Shown: positions 8,637 to 17,872, counted from the stretch's first letter. The stretch: DNA of 64,000 nt from Anaerolineales bacterium (GCA_963662985.1 OY760067.1:1071838-1135837), one strand, 5' to 3'. Program-made: numbers and translations. Notes: generated from the sequence alone by a model not told the origin.

Positions 8637-11150
8637 ATGTCAAATAAAGACAAACTAACCCAACGCGCCCGAAAAGTGCTCGCCATTGCGCATCAAGAAG
8701 CTGAGCGCATGAATCACAGCACTATTGGTAGTGAACACTTACTCATTGCCCTCATCCTAGATCAGGGAGGTGTCGCCTCACGTGTCTTATCAGATCTCGA
8801 TATCGAACTAGAACGTGTTCGCGAACTTGCCGAACTACTCAACAAACCCGGAGAAACGACTCCGCAAAGCATTGATCTTGGCTCCAGCACCCAAACCATC
8901 ATCCGTCTAGCCTATCAACAAGCAGAAGAACTCGACAGCGATGTGGTCAGCACAGAACACATCTTGCTAGGCTTAGTTGAATACCGCGATGGCATCGCCA
9001 TGAGCATTCTCCGTCGTATGGGCATCAACGAAGAAACCGTACGTCATCAAATTCGCAAAACATTACAACAAAGCTCCTCATTCCAAAGCGAACACAAACC
9101 CATCGAACGTCTTCCTCGCAAAGCACAAGCTGGATCCAGCAAAAAGAATGAAAAGACACCTCTTGTCGATCAATTAGCCACAGACCTCACCGCAAAAGCT
9201 CTCGAAGGCAAACTAGACCCTGTCATCGGCCGTCAAAAAGAGATCGAACGTGTCATTCAAGTGCTTGCCCGTCGCTCCAAAAACAACCCCGCCCTCATCG
9301 GCGAACCAGGTGTTGGCAAAACCGCCATCGTAGAAGGACTAGCCCAACGAATTATCGAAGGCGACGTTCCCTCACTTTTGGCAGACAAAAAAGTATTACA
9401 ACTAGATGTTGCTTCATTGCTCGCAGGCACCATGTACCGCGGTCAATTTGAAGAACGCCTCAAAAGAGTCATTGACGAACTCAAAGTATCAGAATCAATC
9501 CTCTTCATTGACGAAGTCCATATGATCGTTGGTGCCGGTGCAGGTGGCTCCTCAGTAGACGCCGCCAACATCCTCAAACCAGCCCTCTCTCGTGGAGAGC
9601 TTCAAGTCATTGGCGCTACAACACTAGATGAATACCGAAAAAACATCGAAAAAGATGCCGCTCTCGAACGACGTTTCCAACCCATCACAGTTGAAGAACC
9701 GTCCGAAGAAGAATCCATTGAGATCCTCAAAGGCATCGTAGACTCCTACGAAGAACATCACCGCCTCAACATCTCAGAAGAAGCCCTTGAAGCAGCCGTC
9801 AAACTCTCTTCACGCTATATCAGTGATCGCTTCCTGCCCGACAAAGCCATCGACCTCATCGACGAAGCATCCTCACGCGTACGCATGTACAAAAGCGACA
9901 ACGCCAAAATCACCAAAGAACTCACGCAACAACTTAAAAAAGTACGAGATGAGCTCATCATCGCCATTGAAGAAGATCAAGAAGCAAAGATCTTTAGCTT
10001 AGAAGAAAAAGAACGTGAAATAGACGAACAACTCAACGAATTCAAAGCAACCTGGGATCGCGCCACAAGCCCCACAGTCAGCAAACAAGACATTGCAGAA
10101 TTAATTTCCATGTGGACAGGCATTCCTCTCACTCAACTCGCGCAAGAAGAATCTGAAAAATTACTCAACTTGGAAGAAGAATTGAAAAAATCAATTGTTG
10201 GCCAAGAAGAAGCTATTTCCACCATATCAAAAGCAGTTCGTCGTGCTCGCGCAGGGCTCAAAGACCCACGCCGTCCAGTTGGTTCCTTCATATTCTTAGG
10301 ACCCACCGGCGTTGGTAAATCAGAACTCACCAAAGCGCTCGCTCGCCTCATGTTTGGTTCAGAAGACGCCCTCATCCAAATAGACATGTCCGAATTTATG
10401 GAACGTCACAACGTCAGCCGACTCACTGGTGCTCCTCCAGGTTATGTGGGCTACGAAGAAGCTGGGCAACTCACCGAAGCCATTCGACGTCGTCCTTATT
10501 CCATCGTAGTCTTTGATGAAATTGAAAAAGCACACCCTGAAGCACACAACATGCTCCTTCAGATCATGGAAGAAGGTCATCTTTCCGATTCATCTGGTCG
10601 CAAAGTAGACTTCCGCAACGCCATCATCATCATGACTTCCAACGTTGGTGCAGAGATGATTATCAACCAAACCAATGCTGGCTTTAACATCAAACGTGAT
10701 GAAGTCTTAGAAGAAAAACTTGCCTATCAAGATATGCAAAAGAAACTCAGCAATTCTCTCAAGCGAGTTTTCCGTCCAGAATTCATCAACCGTGTAGACA
10801 ACGTCATCGTCTTCCGCTCCTTGAGCAAACAAGATATTGAAGAGATTGTCCAAATTGAACTCGACAAAGTCTCAAACCGCTTAGTAGAAAACGACATCAC
10901 CATCAACTACACACCTGACCTTGTCTCATGGATTGCAGAAATTGGCTATCAAAAAGAATATGGCGCTCGCCCCATCAAACGTGTCATTCAAAGCCATGTA
11001 GAAGATACCCTCTCAGAGGCACTTCTCGCTGGAGAATTTACAGATGGTGACACCATCCTTCTTGATGTAACAAAAAATGATGAAGGTGAAAAACAAGTTG
11101 CCTTCACTCATGCAGAAACAACAGAAGAACCATTAGGTGAACCTATCTAA
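8637..11150 (+). CDS. clpC: ATP-dependent Clp protease ATP-binding subunit ClpC
   Basis: The protein has Clp_N repeats (TIGSEHLLIALI and VSTEHILLGLV) and two AAA modules (GEPGVGKTAIVEGLA and FLGPTGVGKSELTKALA). The ORF track starts at 8625. The ATG at 8637 is preceded by GGAGG at 8627-8631, so I prefer it. Confidence 0.9.
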   Translation: MSNKDKLTQRARKVLAIAHQEAERMNHSTIGSEHLLIALILDQGGVASRVLSDLDIELERVRELAELLNKPGETTPQSIDLGSSTQTIIRLAYQQAEELDSDVVSTEHILLGLVEYRDGIAMSILRRMGINEETVRHQIRKTLQQSSSFQSEHKPIERLPRKAQAGSSKKNEKTPLVDQLATDLTAKALEGKLDPVIGRQKEIERVIQVLARRSKNNPALIGEPGVGKTAIVEGLAQRIIEGDVPSLLADKKVLQLDVASLLAGTMYRGQFEERLKRVIDELKVSESILFIDEVHMIVGAGAGGSSVDAANILKPALSRGELQVIGATTLDEYRKNIEKDAALERRFQPITVEEPSEEESIEILKGIVDSYEEHHRLNISEEALEAAVKLSSRYISDRFLPDKAIDLIDEASSRVRMYKSDNAKITKELTQQLKKVRDELIIAIEEDQEAKIFSLEEKEREIDEQLNEFKATWDRATSPTVSKQDIAELISMWTGIPLTQLAQEESEKLLNLEEELKKSIVGQEEAISTISKAVRRARAGLKDPRRPVGSFIFLGPTGVGKSELTKALARLMFGSEDALIQIDMSEFMERHNVSRLTGAPPGYVGYEEAGQLTEAIRRRPYSIVVFDEIEKAHPEAHNMLLQIMEEGHLSDSSGRKVDFRNAIIIMTSNVGAEMIINQTNAGFNIKRDEVLEEKLAYQDMQKKLSNSLKRVFRPEFINRVDNVIVFRSLSKQDIEEIVQIELDKVSNRLVENDITINYTPDLVSWIAEIGYQKEYGARPIKRVIQSHVEDTLSEALLAGEFTDGDTILLDVTKNDEGEKQVAFTHAETTEEPLGEPI

Positions 11151-11241
11151 ACAAATAATTAAATCAAAAACACCTCCAAATTTGAAGTGCACTCAAAAAA
11201 GTAGGCAGAGAATAAAAAAGACCTAGAGAGAAATTAGGTAG

Positions 11242-11279
11242 ACAGGCATCGTAAATCAAACGGTGCCTGTTTTGTTTTC
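11242..11279 (+). terminator. Rho-independent terminator after clpC
   Basis: The stem pairs acaggcatcg (11242-11251) with cggtgcctgt (11261-11270), followed by tttgtttt. Confidence 0.7.
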
Positions 11280-11384
11280 AACTGAATGAGCTCATAATTC
11301 CAAATTTATAGGCTAAATATATCGAAAGAATATTGCTAAGTTACTTATAAATTGTTTCAAAAATATTAATAGATTTACTTAAAA

Positions 11385-11414
11385 TAAAAACTAACCATTC
11401 AGGTTAGTTTTTTC
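11385..11414. terminator. Bidirectional hairpin terminator downstream of the epimerase gene
   Basis: The sequence aaaaactaacc-attca-ggttagttttt has A/T runs on both sides. It lies 19 nt past the stop at 11433. Confidence 0.65.
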
Positions 11415-11432
11415 TCTTAATCACAAATTTTT

Positions 11433-12371
11433 TTATTTTTCATTCATCTCAAAACGATCATCATTTTCCAAAACCAACTTCAGTCCCTCTTCCAAAGAGA
11501 TCTCCGGCTCCCAATTTAACACCTTTTGAGCATGCGCAAGGTCTGCACACATATAAGAAACACCACCATCATTTCTCGGCGTATACAAAATATCAGATTC
11601 ACTGCGGGTTAACGCATGAATTTGCTCAGCCAACGTTTTCATAGACGTAGCCTCACCACTCCCCACATTCACAATCTCATGTTTCACATTCTCTGCAAAA
11701 GCAGCTTTTGCCATAGCCTGCACCACATCATCAACATACACAAAATCTCTTGTTTGGCTGCCGTCCCCATTCACAATCATCGAAGCAGAAGAACACGCTT
11801 GCTTAAAGAATTTTGCCACCACTGGCGGATGCGCCGGAGGAATCGGCTGTCCCTCTCCATACGCATTGAACACCCGCAAACTCAACGTTTCAATTCCCCA
11901 AAGTTCACCAATCGTACGTACATAATACTCTGCTGCTAACTTAGACACTGCATAAGGAGAACGAGGTTGCGGGCTATCCGTCTCCACAAATGGAGAATGA
12001 TCTTTCTGATCGCCATAGATTGCCCCAGAAGACACAAACACCACTCGTTGCACCCCCACATCTCGAATCGCCTCCATCAAGCTCACCGTCCCCCCCACAT
12101 TCACATCGTTATACTCTCGTGGATACAACATCGATTGTGGCACAAACACACGTGCTGCCAAATGATAAACACAATCCACCTCTTGCAACAACGTCCACAA
12201 CTTCGGGCGATCATTAATATCACCCTTTGTAAAATGAACTTGTTTGTGCAATAAAGAAGCATCCCCCGAAGATAGATCATCCAAACCTCTCACATGATGT
12301 CCGGAAACAACCAAATGATTTGCCAATGCAGACCCTAAAAAGCCTGCTGCACCTGTGATCAAAAATTTCAT
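11433..12371 (-). CDS. NAD-dependent epimerase/dehydratase (GalE-like extended SDR)
   Basis: MKFLITGAAGFLGSALANHL is the Rossmann GxxGxxG motif. The catalytic YAVSKLAAE is a YxxxK motif. Confidence 0.8.
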   Translation of the reverse strand: MKFLITGAAGFLGSALANHLVVSGHHVRGLDDLSSGDASLLHKQVHFTKGDINDRPKLWTLLQEVDCVYHLAARVFVPQSMLYPREYNDVNVGGTVSLMEAIRDVGVQRVVFVSSGAIYGDQKDHSPFVETDSPQPRSPYAVSKLAAEYYVRTIGELWGIETLSLRVFNAYGEGQPIPPAHPPVVAKFFKQACSSASMIVNGDGSQTRDFVYVDDVVQAMAKAAFAENVKHEIVNVGSGEATSMKTLAEQIHALTRSESDILYTPRNDGGVSYMCADLAHAQKVLNWEPEISLEEGLKLVLENDDRFEMNEK

Positions 12372-12488
12372 AAAAAATCTTCCTTTCGATGCAAACTAAC
12401 GAGTCAATTATAGCGCAAAACAATCTAATCAATCCAAAAATGTGAAATTAATATCCCCAAATCAGCCCATCCGTGCTAGTATTAATCT

Positions 12489-14132
12489 ATGGAAAAACAC
12501 ATAACAAAAAGAATCCTTTTAATTGAAAACAACCAAATATATCTTGAATTGATTGAAAATTCCCTCAAACAAGCAGGTTTCAAAATCAAAAATGCTGAAA
12601 CAGCATCTGAAGGATTACGTTATATGGATGATTTTAAGCCACATGTCATCCTCCTCAACGAAGATCTCCCCGATCTTTCCGGCAAAGACCTCATTGTTGC
12701 CCTCCGCTCCAATGGATATGAAAACCCCATCATCGTCATCTCAGATGACCTTCTCACCTCCGAAGCCATCCAATATTATCGCCTCAGCGCCTCGGATTTT
12801 ATCATCCCCCCCTATCGAGAAGCAGAGATTATCAACATCGTAGAACGAGTCTTAACCCAATCCAGCTACCTAGAGGAGCATCAAACCCAAACCCTACACC
12901 TCAATCAAAACATCAATGCCCTCAAGAAAAACATCAACGATCTCTCCATCGTCTTAGCCATTCAAAAAACATTTGAACTCCTTTCCAATGAATGTAAAAT
13001 CGTAGAATTTATGTATCGCGCCCTAAGTCGATATTTTAATACCTCAACCAGCTATATTGTCAGCATCGACGAAAAACAAAAATTCAGCCTCCAATTTAGC
13101 ATCGGTCTCGAAGTTTTTTCAACCAACACCCCCAATCAAGAATGGCACGATCTTTTCACCAACTACCTTTTTTTAGCCAAAGAACCCCTCATAATCAACA
13201 ACAACGAAAATCTCAAAAAATATAAATTAGACAATATTGGCAAAACAGCCCTTGGCTACCCCCTTGTTATCAACGAGCAACTAAAAGCCATCTTTGTATT
13301 CATCCGAAAAAATGGCGAAAATTTCAACAACGAAGATCTCCGCTTTATTAATCTCATCGCCGATCAAGCCATCTCAAACATAAATAACCTCACCGTCAAA
13401 AAGAAGCTCAAACAACGCACCCAAGATAAAAAATATCTTGAAAAGCGTCTTAATCTTCTCATTCAAGAAAACCAAAAGACCCATCATCGCCTCACCAATG
13501 CCATTGAGCCTCATCTTGCCCAAAATCAAATTTCTCTTTTTGAGCTCAAATCAAATCCCCATATCGATAACGAACGCATTGACTCCCTCCTAGACAATCT
13601 CCTTGAAATCGAAAAAAACATCAAGCTCTCCAAGCTCAACTTTGAATATCTTAATAATCTCTCTCTTCAAGAGGTCTGCCTCAACAATCTTTTAGAAGAA
13701 CTCATCGCCCCCTATGGGCAAGAAAACGTACTCTTTGTCTATGCTGAAGAACACAACCTCTACATAGCAGACAAAGAAGGAACCATTGAGCTTGTCATCG
13801 CAGAATTATTAGAAATCTCGCTCAAACACAAAGCGCACAAACCCATCGTCGTCAAATTAGAAACAACCAAAAACAATTTCGCCAAAGTCAGCTTCCTCAA
13901 CCCCAACAAAATTATCGACTACGAAGCCATGCTCATGCTCTTCAATCCCCTCTACGAAAAAGAAGTTCTTCCCCTTCCTTCTGAATCTGAGATTGAAGAA
14001 AGACAAAAAACTTCTACATTAAAACAAATTATTTACTTAAATCAAGGTCTCATCTGGGCAGAAAAAACCTTAGCGCAAGGCAATTCAATTCACCTCACGA
14101 TTCCTTTGTCGGTTGATTCATTTTCCAAATAA
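12489..14132 (+). CDS. Degenerate receiver domain plus histidine-kinase-like protein (pseudo-receiver/pseudo-kinase)
   Basis: The N-terminal CheY-like fold is recognisable, but the acidic pocket is EN (LLIENN). The phospho-acceptor position is N (VILLNEDLPDLSG) and the conserved Lys position is P (DFIIPPY). The C-terminus keeps an H-box-like HHRLTNAI and an N-box-like ELLEISLKH. I see no DxGxG/GxGxG ATP-lid motifs. Confidence 0.6.
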   Translation: MEKHITKRILLIENNQIYLELIENSLKQAGFKIKNAETASEGLRYMDDFKPHVILLNEDLPDLSGKDLIVALRSNGYENPIIVISDDLLTSEAIQYYRLSASDFIIPPYREAEIINIVERVLTQSSYLEEHQTQTLHLNQNINALKKNINDLSIVLAIQKTFELLSNECKIVEFMYRALSRYFNTSTSYIVSIDEKQKFSLQFSIGLEVFSTNTPNQEWHDLFTNYLFLAKEPLIINNNENLKKYKLDNIGKTALGYPLVINEQLKAIFVFIRKNGENFNNEDLRFINLIADQAISNINNLTVKKKLKQRTQDKKYLEKRLNLLIQENQKTHHRLTNAIEPHLAQNQISLFELKSNPHIDNERIDSLLDNLLEIEKNIKLSKLNFEYLNNLSLQEVCLNNLLEELIAPYGQENVLFVYAEEHNLYIADKEGTIELVIAELLEISLKHKAHKPIVVKLETTKNNFAKVSFLNPNKIIDYEAMLMLFNPLYEKEVLPLPSESEIEERQKTSTLKQIIYLNQGLIWAEKTLAQGNSIHLTIPLSVDSFSK

Positions 14133-14874
14133 GATAAAGCCCATTCATCGTCAACCAAGTATCAATCTCATCCACCACATTCGTGTGTTCTGAGATCACG
14201 CGCGCCAAACCGCCCGTAGCAATCACCTTCATCTTAGGACCCAACACTTCTCGAAAACGTCTTACCATCCCCTCCACAAGCCCCACATAGCCATATAAAA
14301 GCCCAGCTTGCATTGCATCAGGGGTATTTTGACCGATTACAGAATCAGGAAACACCAAATCAATCTTCGGCAGCTTAGAAGCATGTGAAGACAAAGCATC
14401 CGCAGCAATGCGAATCCCCGGAGCAATCGCCCCACCTAAATAACTCCCATCTTTCGTAATCGCATTAAATGTCGTTGCCGTCCCAAAATCAATCACACAT
14501 GCTGGCCCGCCATAAATATTATGAACTGCCACAGCATCTGCAATTCGGTCAGCCCCAACTTGTTTCGGGTTCTCATAAAGAATCTCAATCCCTGTTTTAA
14601 CCGTTGAAGAAACCACCAAAGGGCTCTGGCACAAATATCTCTCACAAGCCTCAATAATCTTGCTCGTCAAAGGTGGCACCACAGAAGACAAACAAATCCC
14701 GTCCACATCTGTACGATCAATCCCAGCTTGTTCAAAAAATGATAAAAATTGCACCCCATATTCATCAGGCATACGCTCATGCATCGTAGCCACTCGCCAA
14801 CGAGCGCCTAACTCATCATTTTCATAAAGCCCCAAAGTAACATTTGTGTTTCCAATATCAATAATTAAGATCAT
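14095..14874 (-). CDS. coaX: Type III pantothenate kinase
   Basis: The protein has MILIIDIGNTNVTLGLY, VIDFGTATTFN and ATGGLA motifs. The track ORF extends to 14925, but that would overlap the upstream gene. The ATG at 14872-14874 lies 1 nt after that gene's TAA (14876-14878). Confidence 0.85.
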   Translation of the reverse strand: MILIIDIGNTNVTLGLYENDELGARWRVATMHERMPDEYGVQFLSFFEQAGIDRTDVDGICLSSVVPPLTSKIIEACERYLCQSPLVVSSTVKTGIEILYENPKQVGADRIADAVAVHNIYGGPACVIDFGTATTFNAITKDGSYLGGAIAPGIRIAADALSSHASKLPKIDLVFPDSVIGQNTPDAMQAGLLYGYVGLVEGMVRRFREVLGPKMKVIATGGLARVISEHTNVVDEIDTWLTMNGLYLIWKMNQPTKES

Positions 14875-14875
14875 A

Positions 14876-15610
14876 TTACAGTTCATATCCCATCTTGATG
14901 ATTTCGTCACCAAATTTTTCTTCACAAAGAGCCAATTGTGTTGGGGTCATTTCAGTTCGGAATCGTTCTGGCTCTCCCTTATAAAAATGTAATCCGCGCA
15001 CATCTTCAGCACTTTTATTCGAAGCATATCTTCCGATCACTTCCAAAGTGCTTTGTGCCTCAGGATCAACGTCTAAGAAATCTACAATCTTCATTGCTTC
15101 AGCTTCATAATCAGCCAAAATATCTTCAAACCGCTGCACCAAAACACCTTCTTTTGCAGACCATTCTTTCCAGATATCCACATAAACAGCAATGAAATCA
15201 ATAGCCTTTTCAATCGTAGTCAAATCCGTAAACGCCTTATTCTTCATCCCTTGTGCGAGCTTGCTCATTCCAAAATTATGAGCAGATAAAGCAGCAGCAC
15301 GAGGATCACGATACACATATAAAGACTTTGCCAAACCTAATCTACTAATCAGGTCGTAAAATCTAGTCGACCCAGAATGGGTTTTAATTACAACATCATC
15401 TTTTATAGTATACGGTAATAAAGGAATCACGCGCTTATAGTTCACGATTCCTATATTACAATTCACCTCAGTCAAAATATGTTGATTCAATTTATTCTTA
15501 TTCCGAATATCAAGGGAAACTTTTCCGCCATTGCTAACAACCAAATCATGAATCAAACGATAATGCCTTGCTGAGCCCGCTCGAGGCATTCCAACAGCTA
15601 GATATAGCAT
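14876..15610 (-). CDS. Sulfotransferase family protein
   Basis: The 5'-PSB-like loop is GMPRAGSARHY and the 3'-PB-like motif is LYVYRDPRAAALS. The protein is 244 aa. Confidence 0.7.
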   Translation of the reverse strand: MLYLAVGMPRAGSARHYRLIHDLVVSNGGKVSLDIRNKNKLNQHILTEVNCNIGIVNYKRVIPLLPYTIKDDVVIKTHSGSTRFYDLISRLGLAKSLYVYRDPRAAALSAHNFGMSKLAQGMKNKAFTDLTTIEKAIDFIAVYVDIWKEWSAKEGVLVQRFEDILADYEAEAMKIVDFLDVDPEAQSTLEVIGRYASNKSAEDVRGLHFYKGEPERFRTEMTPTQLALCEEKFGDEIIKMGYEL

Positions 15611-15653
15611 AGGTCAACTCCATTACATTTTTATAAGAATCGTGCTTTACCTT

Positions 15654-15683
15654 TTGACTAAATAGGAATTTATCATCTATAAT
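15654..15683 (+). promoter_or_regulatory. Sigma70-type promoter candidate for the YtxH-like gene
   Basis: The elements are TTGACT (15654-15659), an 18-nt spacer and TATAAT (15678-15683). GAAGGAG lies upstream of the ATG at 15729. Confidence 0.55.
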
Positions 15684-15728
15684 AGGGAAAACAGCTGAGA
15701 AATTATACCATGTGAAGGAGTAAAAAAA

Positions 15729-15944
15729 ATGAAAAAACTATTTAGTTTCCTTGTAGGTGCAATGATGGGCGCTTTGGTCGGCAGCACAGCCGCCATCCTC
15801 CTAGCACCATCATCCGGAGATGACTTGCGCGACGAATTAGTTCAACGGGTAGAAAACTTCAAAAATGACATCATCGCCGCATCAGATAACAAACGTATCG
15901 AACTCGAAACGCAACTAGCCAATCTCAGGAACCCCAATGCTTAA
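15729..15944 (+). CDS. YtxH domain-containing small membrane-associated protein
   Basis: This 71-aa protein begins FLVGAMMGALVGSTAAILLAPSSGDDLRDEL, followed by a helical tail. Confidence 0.7.
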   Translation: MKKLFSFLVGAMMGALVGSTAAILLAPSSGDDLRDELVQRVENFKNDIIAASDNKRIELETQLANLRNPNA

Positions 15945-15946
15945 TC

Positions 15947-15980
15947 AAAAACACTCACCAAGGTGAGTGTTTTTCTTTCT
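15947..15980. terminator. Bidirectional terminator between convergent ytxH-like gene and dnaA
   Basis: The stem pairs acactca (15951-15957) with tgagtgt (15964-15970). It is flanked by caaaaa and tttttctttc. Confidence 0.75.
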
Positions 15981-15985
15981 TTTTT

Positions 15986-17341
15986 TCAAGAACCAGAATT
16001 CTGGTAAATCTTATCTCTTAATTCCATCATTTCTCTGCGGAAATGCTGATCTTGCTCCATTCGTTCCACCACTTTTTCATACCCATAACTAATCGTAGAA
16101 TGGTCTCGATTCCCTAATTTTTGCCCGATCTGGGGTAAAGAAAGCTCAGCTTCCTCTCTCAAAAAATACATCGCAATCTGTCGAGTCTCTGCAATCACCT
16201 TCGTTCGTCGTTTAGATTTCAAATCATCTGCGGTCACGCCAAAAGAATTCGCCACTGTTTCAATGATCGCATCCTTATCCAACACCTGTCGTTGCGGAAT
16301 CATATCAGCCAACGCAATTTGGATAATCTCTTCATCCGGCTCAACCCCGCGCAAATCCGCATATGCCATCACGCGATTCAAAGCACCTTCCAATTCCCGA
16401 ATATTCGAATTCAAATGCTTTGCAATCGTGCGCAACACCTCATCTGAAACAGATCGATGTGCCATAGCCATCTTTTCTTGCAAAATCGCAAAACGAGTTT
16501 CCATATCAGGAGATTGAATATCAGCGATTAACCCACCCTCAAAGCGTGAACGCAAACGATCTTCCAACGTGCTCATCGCTTTAGGGGATCGATCTGCTGC
16601 AATCACAATTTGTTTATTCTGTCCGTGTAACGTATTAAAAGTATGGAAAAATTCTTCTTGTGTTGATTCTTTCCCCGCAATAAATTGAATATCATCAATC
16701 AACAACACATCACACTCACGATATTTCTCACGAAAAGCCTGTGTCTTTTGCGATCGAATCGATTGAATCAAATCATTCGTAAATTCTTCAGAAGAAACAT
16801 AAAGCACATTTAATCCCTTCGCCTCACACTCATTGCCAATCGCGTGTAACAAATGGGTTTTCCCCAAACCAACCCCACCATAAATAAACAAAGGATTATA
16901 AGAAAAAGAAGGATTATCTGCCACAGCCATTGCAGCCGCATGTGCCAAACGATTACTAGGTCCCACCACAAAATTAGCAAAAGAATATCGCCCCATCGTG
17001 CGATTCTCATTTGTAGATTGGGTCGGAGGTGCAATCGACGTCGTCGGAGCAGCCTCACGTGTCGGCCGTGGTGCAGGAGCCACAAATTGTTTTGCTTCCA
17101 CCCAAAAAACAAATCTAACTTCAACAGAATCTTTCATCAATTCAGAAAGTTTCTTCGTTACATTCCCTGTCAAGCGACTTTCCAACCAATCACGAGCAAA
17201 AGAATTTTTTGTACCAATCACAAATGCATTATCTTCAAATGCAATAAACTTGGTATCACGAATCCAAGTGTCATAGGTAGCCTTATGAAATTCCATCTCC
17301 AGCTGTCCCAAAACAGCCTTCCAAGCGACTTCAGCTTGCAT
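15986..17341 (-). CDS. dnaA: Chromosomal replication initiator protein DnaA
   Basis: NPLFIYGGVGLGKTHLLHAIGNE is the Walker A motif and VLLIDDIQFIAGKESTQEEFFHTFN carries Walker B. The C-terminal DNA-binding domain reads IAMYFLREEAELSLPQIGQKLGNRDHSTISYGYEKV. The track starts at a TTG at 17380. The ATG at 17339-17341 (MQAEVAW) has AGGAG at 17349-17353. Confidence 0.95.
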   Translation of the reverse strand: MQAEVAWKAVLGQLEMEFHKATYDTWIRDTKFIAFEDNAFVIGTKNSFARDWLESRLTGNVTKKLSELMKDSVEVRFVFWVEAKQFVAPAPRPTREAAPTTSIAPPTQSTNENRTMGRYSFANFVVGPSNRLAHAAAMAVADNPSFSYNPLFIYGGVGLGKTHLLHAIGNECEAKGLNVLYVSSEEFTNDLIQSIRSQKTQAFREKYRECDVLLIDDIQFIAGKESTQEEFFHTFNTLHGQNKQIVIAADRSPKAMSTLEDRLRSRFEGGLIADIQSPDMETRFAILQEKMAMAHRSVSDEVLRTIAKHLNSNIRELEGALNRVMAYADLRGVEPDEEIIQIALADMIPQRQVLDKDAIIETVANSFGVTADDLKSKRRTKVIAETRQIAMYFLREEAELSLPQIGQKLGNRDHSTISYGYEKVVERMEQDQHFRREMMELRDKIYQNSGS

Positions 17342-17428
17342 CTCTTCTCTCCTAAATTGGTTTTTCTTTATAGACAACAAAAACTAGACCTCTCCTACTC
17401 TGAGTTTTAAGAGAGTCTTTAAGAAAAT

Positions 17429-17447
17429 ATTCAATTGCCTATTGAAT
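17429..17447. promoter_or_regulatory. Inverted repeat ATTCAAT-N5-ATTGAAT upstream of dnaA
   Basis: The perfect 7-bp arms lie at 17429-17435 and 17441-17447, about 90 nt upstream of the dnaA ATG. The function is unknown. Confidence 0.3.
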
Positions 17448-17581
17448 TTTGATAATCCTAAATCAAAACATCGCCCTGCCTTGATTATCTCATCATGGAT
17501 ATATTTTACAACAACTAATTTTTACCTTCAACAAACAAGTCCCCAAAAAAGTTAAAATTAACCAATTTTTTAAGAATTACC

Positions 17582-17616
17582 ATTGTTAAAAAATTAAGAA
17601 CAAATTGTTAAAAAAT
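17582..17616. repeat. Two direct copies of ATTGTTAAAAAAT (AT-rich 13-mers)
   Basis: The copies lie at 17582-17594 and 17604-17616, inside the 490-bp AT-rich non-coding region next to dnaA. Confidence 0.6.
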
Positions 17617-17818
17617 AACACAATTTTAAATGTAAATTCCCCTTACAATTATTGTATGAAACAAATGGACACTCCCATATATGGTACATAAACACTTATT
17701 TAATCTAAAAACCCCACATATGGGGGCATTAAATTTTGTAAAAAAATTAATAAAATTAAAATTAACTTTTGTCAACCAGTCAAAGCTTTACCCCTTTTTT
17801 TAAAAAATAATCAAATTC

Positions 17819-17868
17819 TTTAACGTTTAAATTTGTTTTAATCCGGATTAATTTTTTTAACGTTTAAA
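17819..17868. repeat. Symmetric array: TTTAACGTTTAAA, perfect palindrome TTAATCCGGATTAA, TTTAACGTTTAAA
   Basis: The 13-mer occurs at 17819-17831 and 17856-17868. The 14-bp palindrome sits at 17838-17851. A related TTAAACGTT occurs at 18754-18762, on the other side of the 17873-18658 gene. Confidence 0.6.
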
Positions 17869-17872
17869 AAAA

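Noticed and set aside
14875-14925. The ORF track gives a 17-codon upstream extension of coaX (MKKNLVTKSSRWDMNCN).
   Set aside because: The extension overlaps the 3' end of the sulfotransferase gene. The family N-terminus (MILIIDIGNTN) starts at 14874.
17381-17872. I considered annotating the dnaA-adjacent AT-rich region outright as oriC.
   Set aside because: I found no 9-mer within one mismatch of TTATCCACA. The strand compositional bias has the same sign on both sides. I kept it as a finding to be tested, not as a called feature.
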